NCBI RefSeq assembly: GCF_000196355.1
Contig: NC_007614.1
Coordinates: 180,001 to 212,000, forward strand
Reading direction: 5' to 3'
DNA from: Nitrosospira multiformis ATCC 25196
GTDB lineage: Bacteria; Pseudomonadota; Gammaproteobacteria; Burkholderiales; Nitrosomonadaceae
Length of the DNA: 32,000 nt
Shown here: piece by piece, positions 12,328 to 20,969 of the stretch
Position numbering within the stretch: the first letter of the stretch is position 1
Layout: the number at the start of each line of letters is the position of its first letter
The notes under the pieces: model-generated
Database searches by the model: none
Seen by the model: the letters and a program-made list of their open reading frames with translations, nothing else
Told to the model about the DNA's origin: nothing
Made by a program: the position numbers and the translations under genes

Positions 12328-13038
12328 ATGCAAAATGTACCTGGCAGTGAAAATGTTCATGCGGCAATCGAGGATACATCGACTCTCGAAGCTGAAGTAC
12401 GCAGCAGGATGACGCAAGGAGAGAATATAGAACAAGAAGTGCGGGATCTGACGGTAAAAGCTTTGAGCAGGCAAGGACATGACCAGGATTCACTGCGTCA
12501 TGTCATGGGGGCGGTACTGAAAGGTGTACGTGAAGGAGCGCAGCAGAAGTTGCAATCTTCCTCTATCCAGGCGCAAACGACTTTGTCCCCCGTGAGAGAT
12601 GCTGTGGCCGGCCTGGATTCTGCATTGGCTCAACTGGCGGCGGCCTCAAAACTGACACTCGAAGAGGCCGCGGGCCGGGCGCAAACGTTTTCAAAAGAGG
12701 AGTTGACGCGTCTGCGCGCCAACCTTGAAAGTATTGAGAATCTTTTTTTCGAAACCTTGCAGGAATCCGCTTCGGCTGCACAGGACCTGGTGGAGGTTAC
12801 CTTGCGGGATATTATTCTCCATGCAAAGCGAAACGGCACTGCGGTAGGTTCTCAGTTGAAAGACGCACTGGAGGCGCTCAACCATCAATTGAAATCGACC
12901 ACTTATAGCCAGCTCGAAGCAGGTATTCATCTCACCCAGGCCATCACGGACACCTTGCGGCAAGCCGCCGCGAATGTTCTCACCGAGGTTGCGGAGCGGG
13001 TCAAGCCCAGCGATAAAACGAGGGGGCATCACGGGTAG
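12328..13038 (+). CDS. Hypothetical alpha-helical protein, phasin-like composition; possibly DUF6781-type
   Basis: 236-aa ORF with ATG and upstream GGAGAGG. Heptad-like helical sequence (LTLEEAAGRAQTFSKEELTRLRANLESIENLFFETLQESASAAQ...). Confidence 0.7.
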   Translation: MQNVPGSENVHAAIEDTSTLEAEVRSRMTQGENIEQEVRDLTVKALSRQGHDQDSLRHVMGAVLKGVREGAQQKLQSSSIQAQTTLSPVRDAVAGLDSALAQLAAASKLTLEEAAGRAQTFSKEELTRLRANLESIENLFFETLQESASAAQDLVEVTLRDIILHAKRNGTAVGSQLKDALEALNHQLKSTTYSQLEAGIHLTQAITDTLRQAAANVLTEVAERVKPSDKTRGHHG

Positions 13039-13158
13039 GGGCAGGTTTCAGGCAGGCGCTCCAGTATTATCCGGGACGGAGCGCCTCTCTCATGGATTTG
13101 CGGTCCGCGTCAAGCAGAGGTGACACAGGGTCGTGATCGGCGCAAATTCAGGATGCGC

Positions 13159-13764
13159 TCAGATCTTGCATCCTTCCGTATCGCAAGCGGGATTTTCCCC
13201 CCCGTTCGCAGATGATTCCATCACTGCAGACTCATCAAATTCTTCGGCCAGCAGCGCCCCAATCGAAAATCCTACGGTCAGATCGCTCACATGGCCGAAT
13301 TTATGCAAGCGGATATGTCCTGTTTTATCGATCAGGATGAGAGTAGGTGTACCCTGCATCTGATAGGCGCGCATGGTCATCGGAACGCCCTTCGCGGTTC
13401 CCTCATATTTGTCTATCCCGATCGGAAAGCGTAGCCGGTATTCATAGGCAAACACTTCGAGCGCCTCGCGCCCCATCACCTCGTGATGCTCGAAAACAGT
13501 ATGCAGTCCTATCACTGCAACACGGTTCGGATCAAACTCCTGATGGATTCTTTGCGCTTGCGGTATGCCCATCTGCACGCAGCCGGGACAGAAAATCTGG
13601 AAGGTGTGGAGTACAACCACCTTACCTCGGAGTGAAGCGAGCGTCAGGGGGTGCGGCGTATTAAGCCAGCCGGAAGTTTGTAGTTCGGGCGCCATGCTTG
13701 CCCTGATGTTGGTACTTGTCTCGGCCATTCTGTACCTCGAAATAGCGGGTTGAAAATAACGCAT
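13159..13764 (-). CDS. Thioredoxin-like/redoxin domain protein
   Basis: Thioredoxin fold with redox motif CPGC (RGKVVVLHTFQIFCPGCVQMGIPQ), cis-Pro region MQGTPTLILIDKTGHIRLHKFG, and a C-terminal CDTEGCKI tail. True start may be the internal MAETSTN. Confidence 0.8.
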   Translation of the reverse strand: MRYFQPAISRYRMAETSTNIRASMAPELQTSGWLNTPHPLTLASLRGKVVVLHTFQIFCPGCVQMGIPQAQRIHQEFDPNRVAVIGLHTVFEHHEVMGREALEVFAYEYRLRFPIGIDKYEGTAKGVPMTMRAYQMQGTPTLILIDKTGHIRLHKFGHVSDLTVGFSIGALLAEEFDESAVMESSANGGENPACDTEGCKI

Positions 13765-14458
13765 TATAAGGGAGCCTGCGCATAAGTCCCACAGACGATC
13801 CTATCGACGTTCGCCAAGGAGCCCTCTGAAAGGGAGATCACATTTCCCCTTCATGTTTTCCCGCAGATCCCTGTCTCGCAAATCGGCGGGTTTTTCACCT
13901 TTTCCGGTCACTTGTCAGGGTTACGCCCAGAGTGCCAGATGCTACCCGATCCGCATAAGGAGAAAAAAACCGGGGAGATGACATGGTAATATATTCTACC
14001 TCCGCCGTGAAGCATTTCCACAATTCCAATAGGGTAAAATCACCACAATTACAAGAGGGGAAAATAACGATTTTTAGTATAGGGTCATTATTGATTTTAT
14101 TTGCCAGCATCATGTTTCTTCCTTGTACGCCTCATTTTGCTGTGGTAGAATTTGCGCGTTTCAGGAGCCGCTCTTTCGCGGATATGCAATGCGAATAACA
14201 GGGCGGGTGTCACGAGATTTCGGAAGAAATCAGATCGACTCAAATGAGCAGAACAGGGGCGACTGGCTAAATCCGCATGAAATGGGCGTTTGAGTCATTT
14301 TTGAGCTCATTCATCCTGCTTGAATCAAGTCGGATGGAATAAGCGGAATGAATGGAATGTCTGGGAAATCATGACATGAACTTAAAGCGTGCAAGGGTGC
14401 CGCGTGGCTCTTGCCGTTCTGGGTTTCATGATGCGTTATCAATGTGAGTCAGAAAGCG

Positions 14459-14474
14459 ATTTCGGATTCGAAAT
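14459..14474. other. Perfect inverted repeat ATTTCG-gatt-CGAAAT in the long non-coding region upstream of coxB
   Basis: 6-bp arms, 4-nt spacer, read directly from the sequence. Confidence 0.4.
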
Positions 14475-14764
14475 GGCTGCGTAAAATTTAGCTGAGACTT
14501 CGAACCGAAACTTTGAACTTATCGACATGCCGTTGTTCTTAATGTTTGAATTCGCATAAGCCATAGAATAACACAATTACCGACATTCGCAATATGGATA
14601 TTATGCCGGACAGATCAGATATCCGCCAGCTTGTAGCCGGTTACGGCGATCTGAGCGGACACACATGGAAATGTTCTGTCCGAAAGCATTGCGTAATGGG
14701 TCGAACATTGTGAGATTTTGGAAGATTGGCTCGTACTGTAATCAGTAATCAAGTGGGGGGAAAT

Positions 14765-15898
14765 ATGAGCAGTAAAGCAGCAGCAGGTGTAGCGGGGATT
14801 GTGGCGGTCGCATGGAATTCAGGACTGGCGCTGGCGGCAGCCGACCCCTACCAGTTAAATCTGCCCGAGCCGCAGACTGTGATTGCCCAGCAGATCTACG
14901 ACCAGCACACGCTGGTTCTGTGGATTTGCCTGGCGATATTCGTCGGCGTGTTCGGCGTGATGTTCTATTCGGTAATCCAGCATCGCAAATCCAAGGGCTA
15001 TAAGGCGGCCAATTTCCATCACAGCACCACGGTCGAGATCATCTGGACGGCGATCCCGTTCCTGATCCTGATCGGCATGGCCTTTCCTGCCACCAAGACC
15101 GTGATTGCCATGAAGGATACGTCCAACCCGGACATCACGGTCAAGGCGACGGGTTATCAGTGGAAATGGGGTTATGACTACCTGACGGGTGAAGGGGAGG
15201 GCATTGGTTTCCTGAGCGCCCTTGCCACGCCCAAGGCGCAGATCGAGAATGCGGCGCCCAAGGGGGAGAATTATCTTCTGGAAGTGGACAAGCCCCTGGT
15301 GGTGCCGACGGGCAAGAAAGTGCGCGTGCTGATCACTGCCAATGACGTGCTGCACGCCTGGTGGGTACCGGCGCTAGGCGTCAAGCAGGATGCCATCCCG
15401 GGCTTCATCCGTGACGTGTGGTTCAACATCGAGAAGCCCGGCACCTATCGCGGCCAGTGCGCCGAGTTGTGCGGCAAGGAGCATGGCTTCATGCCGATCG
15501 TGGTAGAGGCGGTGGAGCCTGAGAAATACGCTGCCTGGGTGGCAGAGCAGAAAACCAAGCTGGCGGCAGTGGCGGTGGACGTCAACAAGGAGTTCGGGCT
15601 GGACGAGCTCAAGGCCAAGGGCGAAGCGGTGTATAACGCCAACTGCGCGGCCTGTCACCAGGCCAACGGGCAGGGCGTGCCCGGCACCTTCCCCGCCATC
15701 GCCGGATCGAAGGTTGCCACCGGGCCCAAGGACGGCCACATCAATATCGTCATGAACGGCAAGAGCGGCACGGCAATGGCCCCATTCAAGCATCTGTCGG
15801 ACGTGGATATTGCCTCGGTGATCACCTATCAGCGCAATTCCTTCGGCAATTCGACGGGCGATGCCGTCCAGCCATCCGAAATCAATCAACACAGATAA
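14765..15898 (+). CDS. coxB: Cytochrome c oxidase subunit II with fused C-terminal cytochrome c domain
   Basis: TM pair, CuA motif GQCAELCGKEHGFMP, and C-terminal haem c motif CAACH (15641-15655) in YNANCAACHQANGQGVPGTFPAI. Confidence 0.95.
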   Translation: MSSKAAAGVAGIVAVAWNSGLALAAADPYQLNLPEPQTVIAQQIYDQHTLVLWICLAIFVGVFGVMFYSVIQHRKSKGYKAANFHHSTTVEIIWTAIPFLILIGMAFPATKTVIAMKDTSNPDITVKATGYQWKWGYDYLTGEGEGIGFLSALATPKAQIENAAPKGENYLLEVDKPLVVPTGKKVRVLITANDVLHAWWVPALGVKQDAIPGFIRDVWFNIEKPGTYRGQCAELCGKEHGFMPIVVEAVEPEKYAAWVAEQKTKLAAVAVDVNKEFGLDELKAKGEAVYNANCAACHQANGQGVPGTFPAIAGSKVATGPKDGHINIVMNGKSGTAMAPFKHLSDVDIASVITYQRNSFGNSTGDAVQPSEINQHR

Positions 15899-15917
15899 TA
15901 GCCTCAAGGAGGAAACC

Positions 15918-17498
15918 ATGGCAGCAGTACACGATCACGACGTTGCACACGCCCACGATCATCATCCCACGGGCTTGATGCGTTGGCTGACTACCACGAA
16001 TCACAAGGATATCGGTACGCTTTATCTCTGGTTCAGCTTCATCATGTTCCTCACGGGGGGCGTGATGGCGCTGACCATCCGGGCCGAGTTATTTCAGCCG
16101 GGTATACAGATCGTCAATCCCGAATTTTTTAACCAGCTTACCTCATTGCATGGCTTGGTGATGGTGTTCGGCGCCATCATGCCGGCCTTCGTCGGTTTTG
16201 CCAACTGGCAGATACCGATGATGATCGGCGCTCCCGACATGGCCTTCGCGCGAATGAACAACTGGAGCTTCTGGCTGCTGCCTCCCGCGGCGCTGCTGCT
16301 ACTTAGCTCGTTTTTTGTGCCTGGAGGTGCGACAGCCGGGGGTTGGACTTTCTATCCTCCGCTGTCGGTGCAAATGGGTATCGGGACGGACATGATGATT
16401 TTCGCCATTCATATACTTGGCGCCTCTTCCATCATGGGCTCGATCAACATCATCACCACCATTCTCAATATGCGCGCCCCTGGCATGACCCTGATGAAGA
16501 TGCCCATGTTCGTGTGGACCTGGCTGATTACCGCTTATCTGCTGGTGCTGGTCATGCCGGTGCTCGCTGGTGCGGTGACCATGCTGCTGACCGACCGTAA
16601 CTTCGGCACCAATTTCTTCAATGCCGCAGGTGGTGGCGACCCCGTGATGTTCCAGCATATCTTCTGGTTCTTCGGGCACCCGGAAGTCTACATCATGATC
16701 CTGCCGGCATTTGGTATCGTCTCAGAGATCATCCCAACCTTTGCGCGCAAACCGCTGTTCGGTTATTCCTCGATGGTGTATGCAACCGCTTCCATCGCCA
16801 TTCTTTCCTGCATCGTCTGGGCGCACCATATGTTCACCGCAGGCATGCCGGTAACCGGACAACTGTTCTTCATGTATGCCACCATGCTGATCGCGGTTCC
16901 GACTGGGGTGAAAGTGTTCAACTGGACCGCCACGATGTGGCGTGGTTCCATGACCTTTGAAACACCCATGCTGTTCGCCGTTGGTTTCATCTTTCTGTTT
17001 ACGCTTGGGGGCTTCAGTGGGGTAGTCTGCGCCGTTGTCCCGATTGATATCCAGGTGCAGGATACCTACTACGTTATTGCTCACTTCCATTATGTGCTGG
17101 TTTCCGGTGCACTGTTCGCCTTGTTTGGGGGTGCCTATTATTGGCTGCCGAAGTGGACGGGTCACATGTATGACGAGACGCTGGGCAAATGGCATTTCTG
17201 GTTGTCGATGTTCTTCTTCAACCTCACCTTCTTCGTGCAGCACTTCCTGGGATTGGCCGGCATGCCGCGCCGCATCCCTGATTATGCGCTGCAATTTGCG
17301 GACTTCAACATGATCTCGAGTATAGGGGCCTTTGGATTCGGCTTGAGCCAATTGCTCTTCCTCTACGTCGTGCTGAAATGCATTCGGGGTGGCGCGAAAG
17401 CTTCCTCGGAAGTTTGGGAGGGCGGAAAAACACTGGAGTGGACCCTGCCCTCGCCGGCGCCGTACCATACCTTCGAAACTCCTCCTGTTATTCGTTAA
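15918..17498 (+). CDS. coxA: Cytochrome c oxidase subunit I
   Basis: Preceded by AAGGAGGAAACC. Contains GLVMVFGAIMPAFVGFANWQIPMMIGAPDMAFARMNNWSFW, HIFWFFGHPEVYIMILPAFGIVSEI, and YYVIAHFHYVLVSGALFALF. Confidence 0.97.
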   Translation: MAAVHDHDVAHAHDHHPTGLMRWLTTTNHKDIGTLYLWFSFIMFLTGGVMALTIRAELFQPGIQIVNPEFFNQLTSLHGLVMVFGAIMPAFVGFANWQIPMMIGAPDMAFARMNNWSFWLLPPAALLLLSSFFVPGGATAGGWTFYPPLSVQMGIGTDMMIFAIHILGASSIMGSINIITTILNMRAPGMTLMKMPMFVWTWLITAYLLVLVMPVLAGAVTMLLTDRNFGTNFFNAAGGGDPVMFQHIFWFFGHPEVYIMILPAFGIVSEIIPTFARKPLFGYSSMVYATASIAILSCIVWAHHMFTAGMPVTGQLFFMYATMLIAVPTGVKVFNWTATMWRGSMTFETPMLFAVGFIFLFTLGGFSGVVCAVVPIDIQVQDTYYVIAHFHYVLVSGALFALFGGAYYWLPKWTGHMYDETLGKWHFWLSMFFFNLTFFVQHFLGLAGMPRRIPDYALQFADFNMISSIGAFGFGLSQLLFLYVVLKCIRGGAKASSEVWEGGKTLEWTLPSPAPYHTFETPPVIR

Positions 17499-17513
17499 GA
17501 ATTGGGGAATAAT

Positions 17514-17621
17514 ATGAAGGACGATGCAGAAAGAAGGCGCGCCGCAATCAGGACAGCCCTCTTTCTGCTCGCCACCGTAATTGCACTCTTTGTCGCGGTT
17601 ATTGTGAAAAACTGGCCATGA
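17514..17621 (+). CDS. Small single-TM protein (35 aa), cytochrome oxidase small assembly-like
   Basis: MKDDAERRRAAIRTALFLLATVIALFVAVIVKNWP*. Sits between coxA and ctaG with a 4-nt ATGA overlap to ctaG; absent from the supplied ORF track because of its size. Confidence 0.75.
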   Translation: MKDDAERRRAAIRTALFLLATVIALFVAVIVKNWP

Positions 17622-18175
17622 ACGTAACTGAAGCGAATTCCGTCGTACTCAGGAAGTTATTGATCTTTACTGTAATCATGTTCGGTTTCGGCTTCGCACT
17701 CGTCCCGTTTTATGAGAAGATCTGCGAAGTTACGGGTATCAATAACCTGTTACAGGCGGATACGCTGGCGGAGAATACCCAGGTTGATATGGCTCGATGG
17801 GTAACGGTGGAACTGGATGCCAACACACGGGGGCTGCCTTGGCAGTTCAAGCCTCTGCAGTCCAGTGTGCGGGTGCATCCGGGCGAGTTGACACAGGTGG
17901 TCTATGAAGTGAGAAATAATTCCGACCGGGAGATCAGCGGCCAGGCGATACCCAGCTATAGCCCTCAGTTACTGGGAAAACACTTGAAAAAACTCGAGTG
18001 TTTCTGTTTCAGCAAACAGGTATTGAAACCACGGGAGGTACGGCAAATGCCGGTTCAGTTCCTGATCGAACCCGGTCTGCCAACCGATATCAATACGGTT
18101 ACCATCTCGTACACCTTTTTCGAGTTGGGTAACGATAATACTGCCAGCTTGGATATCAACGCGAACCAGCTTTGA
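17618..18175 (+). CDS. ctaG: Cytochrome c oxidase assembly protein CtaG/Cox11
   Basis: FGFGFALVPFYEKICEVTGIN, ANTRGLPWQFKPL, and copper-binding CFCFSKQVLKPREVRQMPVQFLIEPGLP. Confidence 0.94.
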   Translation: MNVTEANSVVLRKLLIFTVIMFGFGFALVPFYEKICEVTGINNLLQADTLAENTQVDMARWVTVELDANTRGLPWQFKPLQSSVRVHPGELTQVVYEVRNNSDREISGQAIPSYSPQLLGKHLKKLECFCFSKQVLKPREVRQMPVQFLIEPGLPTDINTVTISYTFFELGNDNTASLDINANQL

Positions 18176-18378
18176 AAGACGATAACAAACAGCCCCCCAA
18201 AGGAACGTTGCTCCAGATAACGAAAGCGGTCTTCTGGGCTTTTTTTGGGGTGCGCAAGCAGACTGACCTCGACAGCGATGCGAGTTCACTGACGCCGGCG
18301 CAGGTAATCATCGGCGGCCTCATCGGTGCCGCGCTGTTCGTCATGACCTTGGTATTAGTGGTTAAAATAGTAACTTAG
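18172..18378 (+). CDS. DUF2970 family small membrane protein
   Basis: TLLQITKAVFWAFFGVRKQTDLDSDASSLTPAQVIIGGLIGAALFVMTLVLVV. TTG start overlaps the ctaG stop; characteristic position between ctaG and coxC. Confidence 0.85.
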   Translation: MKDDNKQPPKGTLLQITKAVFWAFFGVRKQTDLDSDASSLTPAQVIIGGLIGAALFVMTLVLVVKIVT

Positions 18379-18408
18379 AATCAATTTCAAATACGCAGGA
18401 GAAAGAGC

Positions 18409-19263
18409 ATGAGCCAACAAGGAGGAGGTCACTACTACGTTCCAGCGCCGTCGACCTGGCCCATTACTGGGTCAATAGCGCTGTTATTCATGGGTTTCGG
18501 CGCCGCGCTTTCGGTCAACAGGATCCCGCTGGGTTATGGATTGCTGGCGACGGGCTTTGCCATACTCGTCTACATGCTTTTCGGATGGTTTAGCACCGTT
18601 GCCCGCGAAAGCGAGAGCGGCAAATTCAACAAGCAGGTCGATAAGTCTTTCCGCTGGGGAATGAGCTGGTTCATCTTTACGGAAGTCATGTTTTTCGGGG
18701 CTTTTTTTGGCGCGCTGTATTACATGCGCATGCATTCCGTTCCGGACCTTGCCGACCTGGACAACAAAATACTGTGGCCCGACTTCACCGCCGAATGGCC
18801 CACGGCAGGTCCCGGCATCACCGAGAAGTTCATGCCGATGGGCCCCTGGGGTCTTCCAGCTTTCAATACCCTGTTGCTGCTGACCTCGGGCGTGACCGTC
18901 ACCTGGGCGCACTGGGCACTGAAGCTGAACAAGCGCGGGCAGCTCAAACTGGGCCTGTTTCTTACATTCGCCCTCGGATTCCTCTTCGTGGGACTGCAGG
19001 CGTACGAGTACGGGCACGCCTACTCGGAGATGAATCTCAAGTTAACCACGGGAGCCTATGGCGCCTCGTTCTTCATGCTGACCGGCTTCCACGGCTTCCA
19101 CGTGACGGTCGGCTCCATTATGTTGTTCGTCATCTGGTGCCGTGTGCTGAAGGGCCACTTTTCACCCGAGAATCATTTCGGCTTTGAAGGCGTCGCCTGG
19201 TATTGGCACTTCGTGGACGTGGTCTGGCTGGGCCTGTTCATATTTGTTTATTGGCTGATATAA
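18409..19263 (+). CDS. coxC: Cytochrome c oxidase subunit III
   Basis: YYVPAPSTWPITGSIALL, RWGMSWFIFTEVMFFGAFFGALYYMR, TGFHGFHVTVGSIML, GVAWYWHFVDVVWLGLFIFVYWL. Confidence 0.96.
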   Translation: MSQQGGGHYYVPAPSTWPITGSIALLFMGFGAALSVNRIPLGYGLLATGFAILVYMLFGWFSTVARESESGKFNKQVDKSFRWGMSWFIFTEVMFFGAFFGALYYMRMHSVPDLADLDNKILWPDFTAEWPTAGPGITEKFMPMGPWGLPAFNTLLLLTSGVTVTWAHWALKLNKRGQLKLGLFLTFALGFLFVGLQAYEYGHAYSEMNLKLTTGAYGASFFMLTGFHGFHVTVGSIMLFVIWCRVLKGHFSPENHFGFEGVAWYWHFVDVVWLGLFIFVYWLI

Positions 19264-19294
19264 GAACAGTCAGGTAATCATCCAGGTGGGACCG

Positions 19295-19486
19295 TCACTC
19301 AAGTGGAATAACGCCGAAGTAGGTCCCCAGCATCAAAAGGGTGAACAGAAAAAGCGATAATCCAATACGCAAGGTCAGGGACTTGACAACACGGGTGTCG
19401 TGTCCCTTGTCCTTGACCAGGTAGTAGAGCGCGGACCCCAAGCTGGCAAATATGAGAAACAGAAGCAGTACGATAACGATTTTCAA
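19295..19486 (-). CDS. Twin transmembrane protein, DUF2909-like
   Basis: 63-aa protein with two TM helices: MKIVIVLLLFLIFASLGSALYYLVKDKG...TRVVKSLTLRIGLSLFLFTLLMLGTYFGVI. TTG start; antisense between coxC and surf1. Confidence 0.8.
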   Translation of the reverse strand: MKIVIVLLLFLIFASLGSALYYLVKDKGHDTRVVKSLTLRIGLSLFLFTLLMLGTYFGVIPLE

Positions 19487-19549
19487 GGCTTGATCCCGGA
19501 ATTATTAGGTCTTCAGGAAGAAGTTTAGCCGAGTTTAGCATCCTATCCA

Positions 19550-20263
19550 ATGACTATTTCAGGCTGGCGTTTTACGCCACGATTATGGTCAACAGTAGCT
19601 GCAATAGCTGTGATAACGATTATGGTGCAACTTGGTAACTGGCAGCTCTCGCGGGCGCAGGAAAAAGAGTCCCGGCAGGAGCGGCTTGACCGTCTTTCAC
19701 AGGAACCGACCATTACACTCCCTGATCACCCGGTAAAGCTTGAAGATTTTCAATACCGTCAGGTTGAAGCCCAGGGTGAATACGTACCGGGATACACGAT
19801 ATATCTTGATAACAAGATATACAAGGGTATCGCCGGCTACCAGATTGTGACTCCCTTGAGGATCGGCAACAGTGAAATGCATGTTCTGGTAAACCGGGGA
19901 TGGATAGCGGCAACCCGCGATCGGAGTAAATTGCCGGAAGTGACTACACCCGGTGGGAAGATTTTGGTTTCAGGCATTGCGACGACAGCAATGCAAAAGA
20001 CTCTGGAATTGTCTCCCGATCAGGTCTCCGGCCGGGTATGGGAAAACCTGGACCTCGAACGTTATCGAAGCAGCACTGGCCTGAAGCTACAGCCGGTGAT
20101 GATCCTGCAGAAGGATCAAGCGAATGATGGTTTCGTGCGGGAATGGCCTCGACCTGATTCCGGCTCGGCCAAGAATATCGGGTATGCCCTCCAATGGTTT
20201 GCGATGGCTCTCGCCGTATTGATTATTTATCTGGTGTTAAGTGTCAAACGAGAGCGTTACTAA
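19550..20263 (+). CDS. SURF1 family cytochrome oxidase biogenesis protein
   Basis: LGNWQLSRAQEKESRQERLD, VNRGWIAATRDRSKLPEV, and C-terminal KNIGYALQWFAMALAVLIIYLVLSV. Confidence 0.93.
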   Translation: MTISGWRFTPRLWSTVAAIAVITIMVQLGNWQLSRAQEKESRQERLDRLSQEPTITLPDHPVKLEDFQYRQVEAQGEYVPGYTIYLDNKIYKGIAGYQIVTPLRIGNSEMHVLVNRGWIAATRDRSKLPEVTTPGGKILVSGIATTAMQKTLELSPDQVSGRVWENLDLERYRSSTGLKLQPVMILQKDQANDGFVREWPRPDSGSAKNIGYALQWFAMALAVLIIYLVLSVKRERY

Positions 20264-20846
20264 AAAGAATAGACGGACGCTGATACTGTTGGCGCTAGTG
20301 TTGAGCGCGCCTTTTGTCGCTTCCTATATGCTTTATTTTTGGAATGTGCGGCCTCAAACCGTAAATTACGGAGACCTGATCGAGGTCAGGCAATTGAAAG
20401 GGACGGGGCTGAACGACGCGGACCGGACAATTTTTCGAATGCGCGACCTTCGCGGCAAGTGGGTGCTGATGTCGATCGACTCGGGTGCGTGTGACGAGCA
20501 ATGCCAGAAGAAGCTCTATTACATGCGTCAGGTTCGTACCTATCAGAATACCGAAATGGATCGCATCGAGCGGTTGTGGCTGATCGATGATGAGCAGAAA
20601 CCTTCCCCCGAAGTACTGAGCGACTACGAGGGAATGCACGTCATCCTGGCGAAAAACAGCGAGTTGCTCAAGGAGGTTCCAGCCGTCGGCTCACAGCATG
20701 ATCATATTTATCTGATAGATCCCATCGGAAATCTGATGATGCGATTTCCAAAGGATCCTGATCCTGGAAAGATGGCGAAAGACATCAAGCGGCTGCTCAA
20801 GGTATCTCAGTTGGAGCATGCAATGGGTACGGATATGAAACACTGA
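20241..20846 (+). CDS. Sco-like membrane-anchored thioredoxin-fold protein in the cytochrome oxidase locus
   Basis: N-terminal TM, LRGKWVLMSIDSGACDEQCQKKLYYMRQVRTYQ with CxxxC, HVILAKNSELLKEVP...HDHIYLIDPIGNLMMRFPKDPDPGKMAKDIKRLLKVSQ. GTG start overlaps surf1 by 23 bp. Confidence 0.82.
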   Translation: MSNESVTKKNRRTLILLALVLSAPFVASYMLYFWNVRPQTVNYGDLIEVRQLKGTGLNDADRTIFRMRDLRGKWVLMSIDSGACDEQCQKKLYYMRQVRTYQNTEMDRIERLWLIDDEQKPSPEVLSDYEGMHVILAKNSELLKEVPAVGSQHDHIYLIDPIGNLMMRFPKDPDPGKMAKDIKRLLKVSQLEHAMGTDMKH

Positions 20847-20870
20847 AAGATACGGCGACTGGATGGGTGT

Positions 20871-20888
20871 GAGCAGCGGGGGCTGCTC
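20871..20888. other. Hairpin between the Sco-like gene and ctaB
   Basis: GAGCAGC-gggg-GCTGCTC: perfect 7-bp stem, 4-nt loop, 24 nt after the upstream stop codon. Confidence 0.45.
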
Positions 20889-20969
20889 TTGCATATAGAC
20901 CAGTCGTGATTCACATTGATTTGTCGAAACGCCGGGCACCGAGCCCGCGATAATAGGAGACGAAACGTT

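Noticed and set aside
13895-14198. Two short ORFs (13895-14113 minus, 13983-14198 plus) in the gap upstream of coxB
   Set aside because: They overlap each other on opposite strands, lack good RBS sites and have no coherent sequence; kept only as part of the non-coding region finding.
15374-15919. 181-aa minus-strand ORF over coxB
   Set aside because: Antisense to coxB including its haem-binding codons; no domain signal.
16722-17468. 248-aa minus-strand ORF over coxA
   Set aside because: Shadow ORF, His/Gln/Arg-rich, antisense to a clear COX1 gene.
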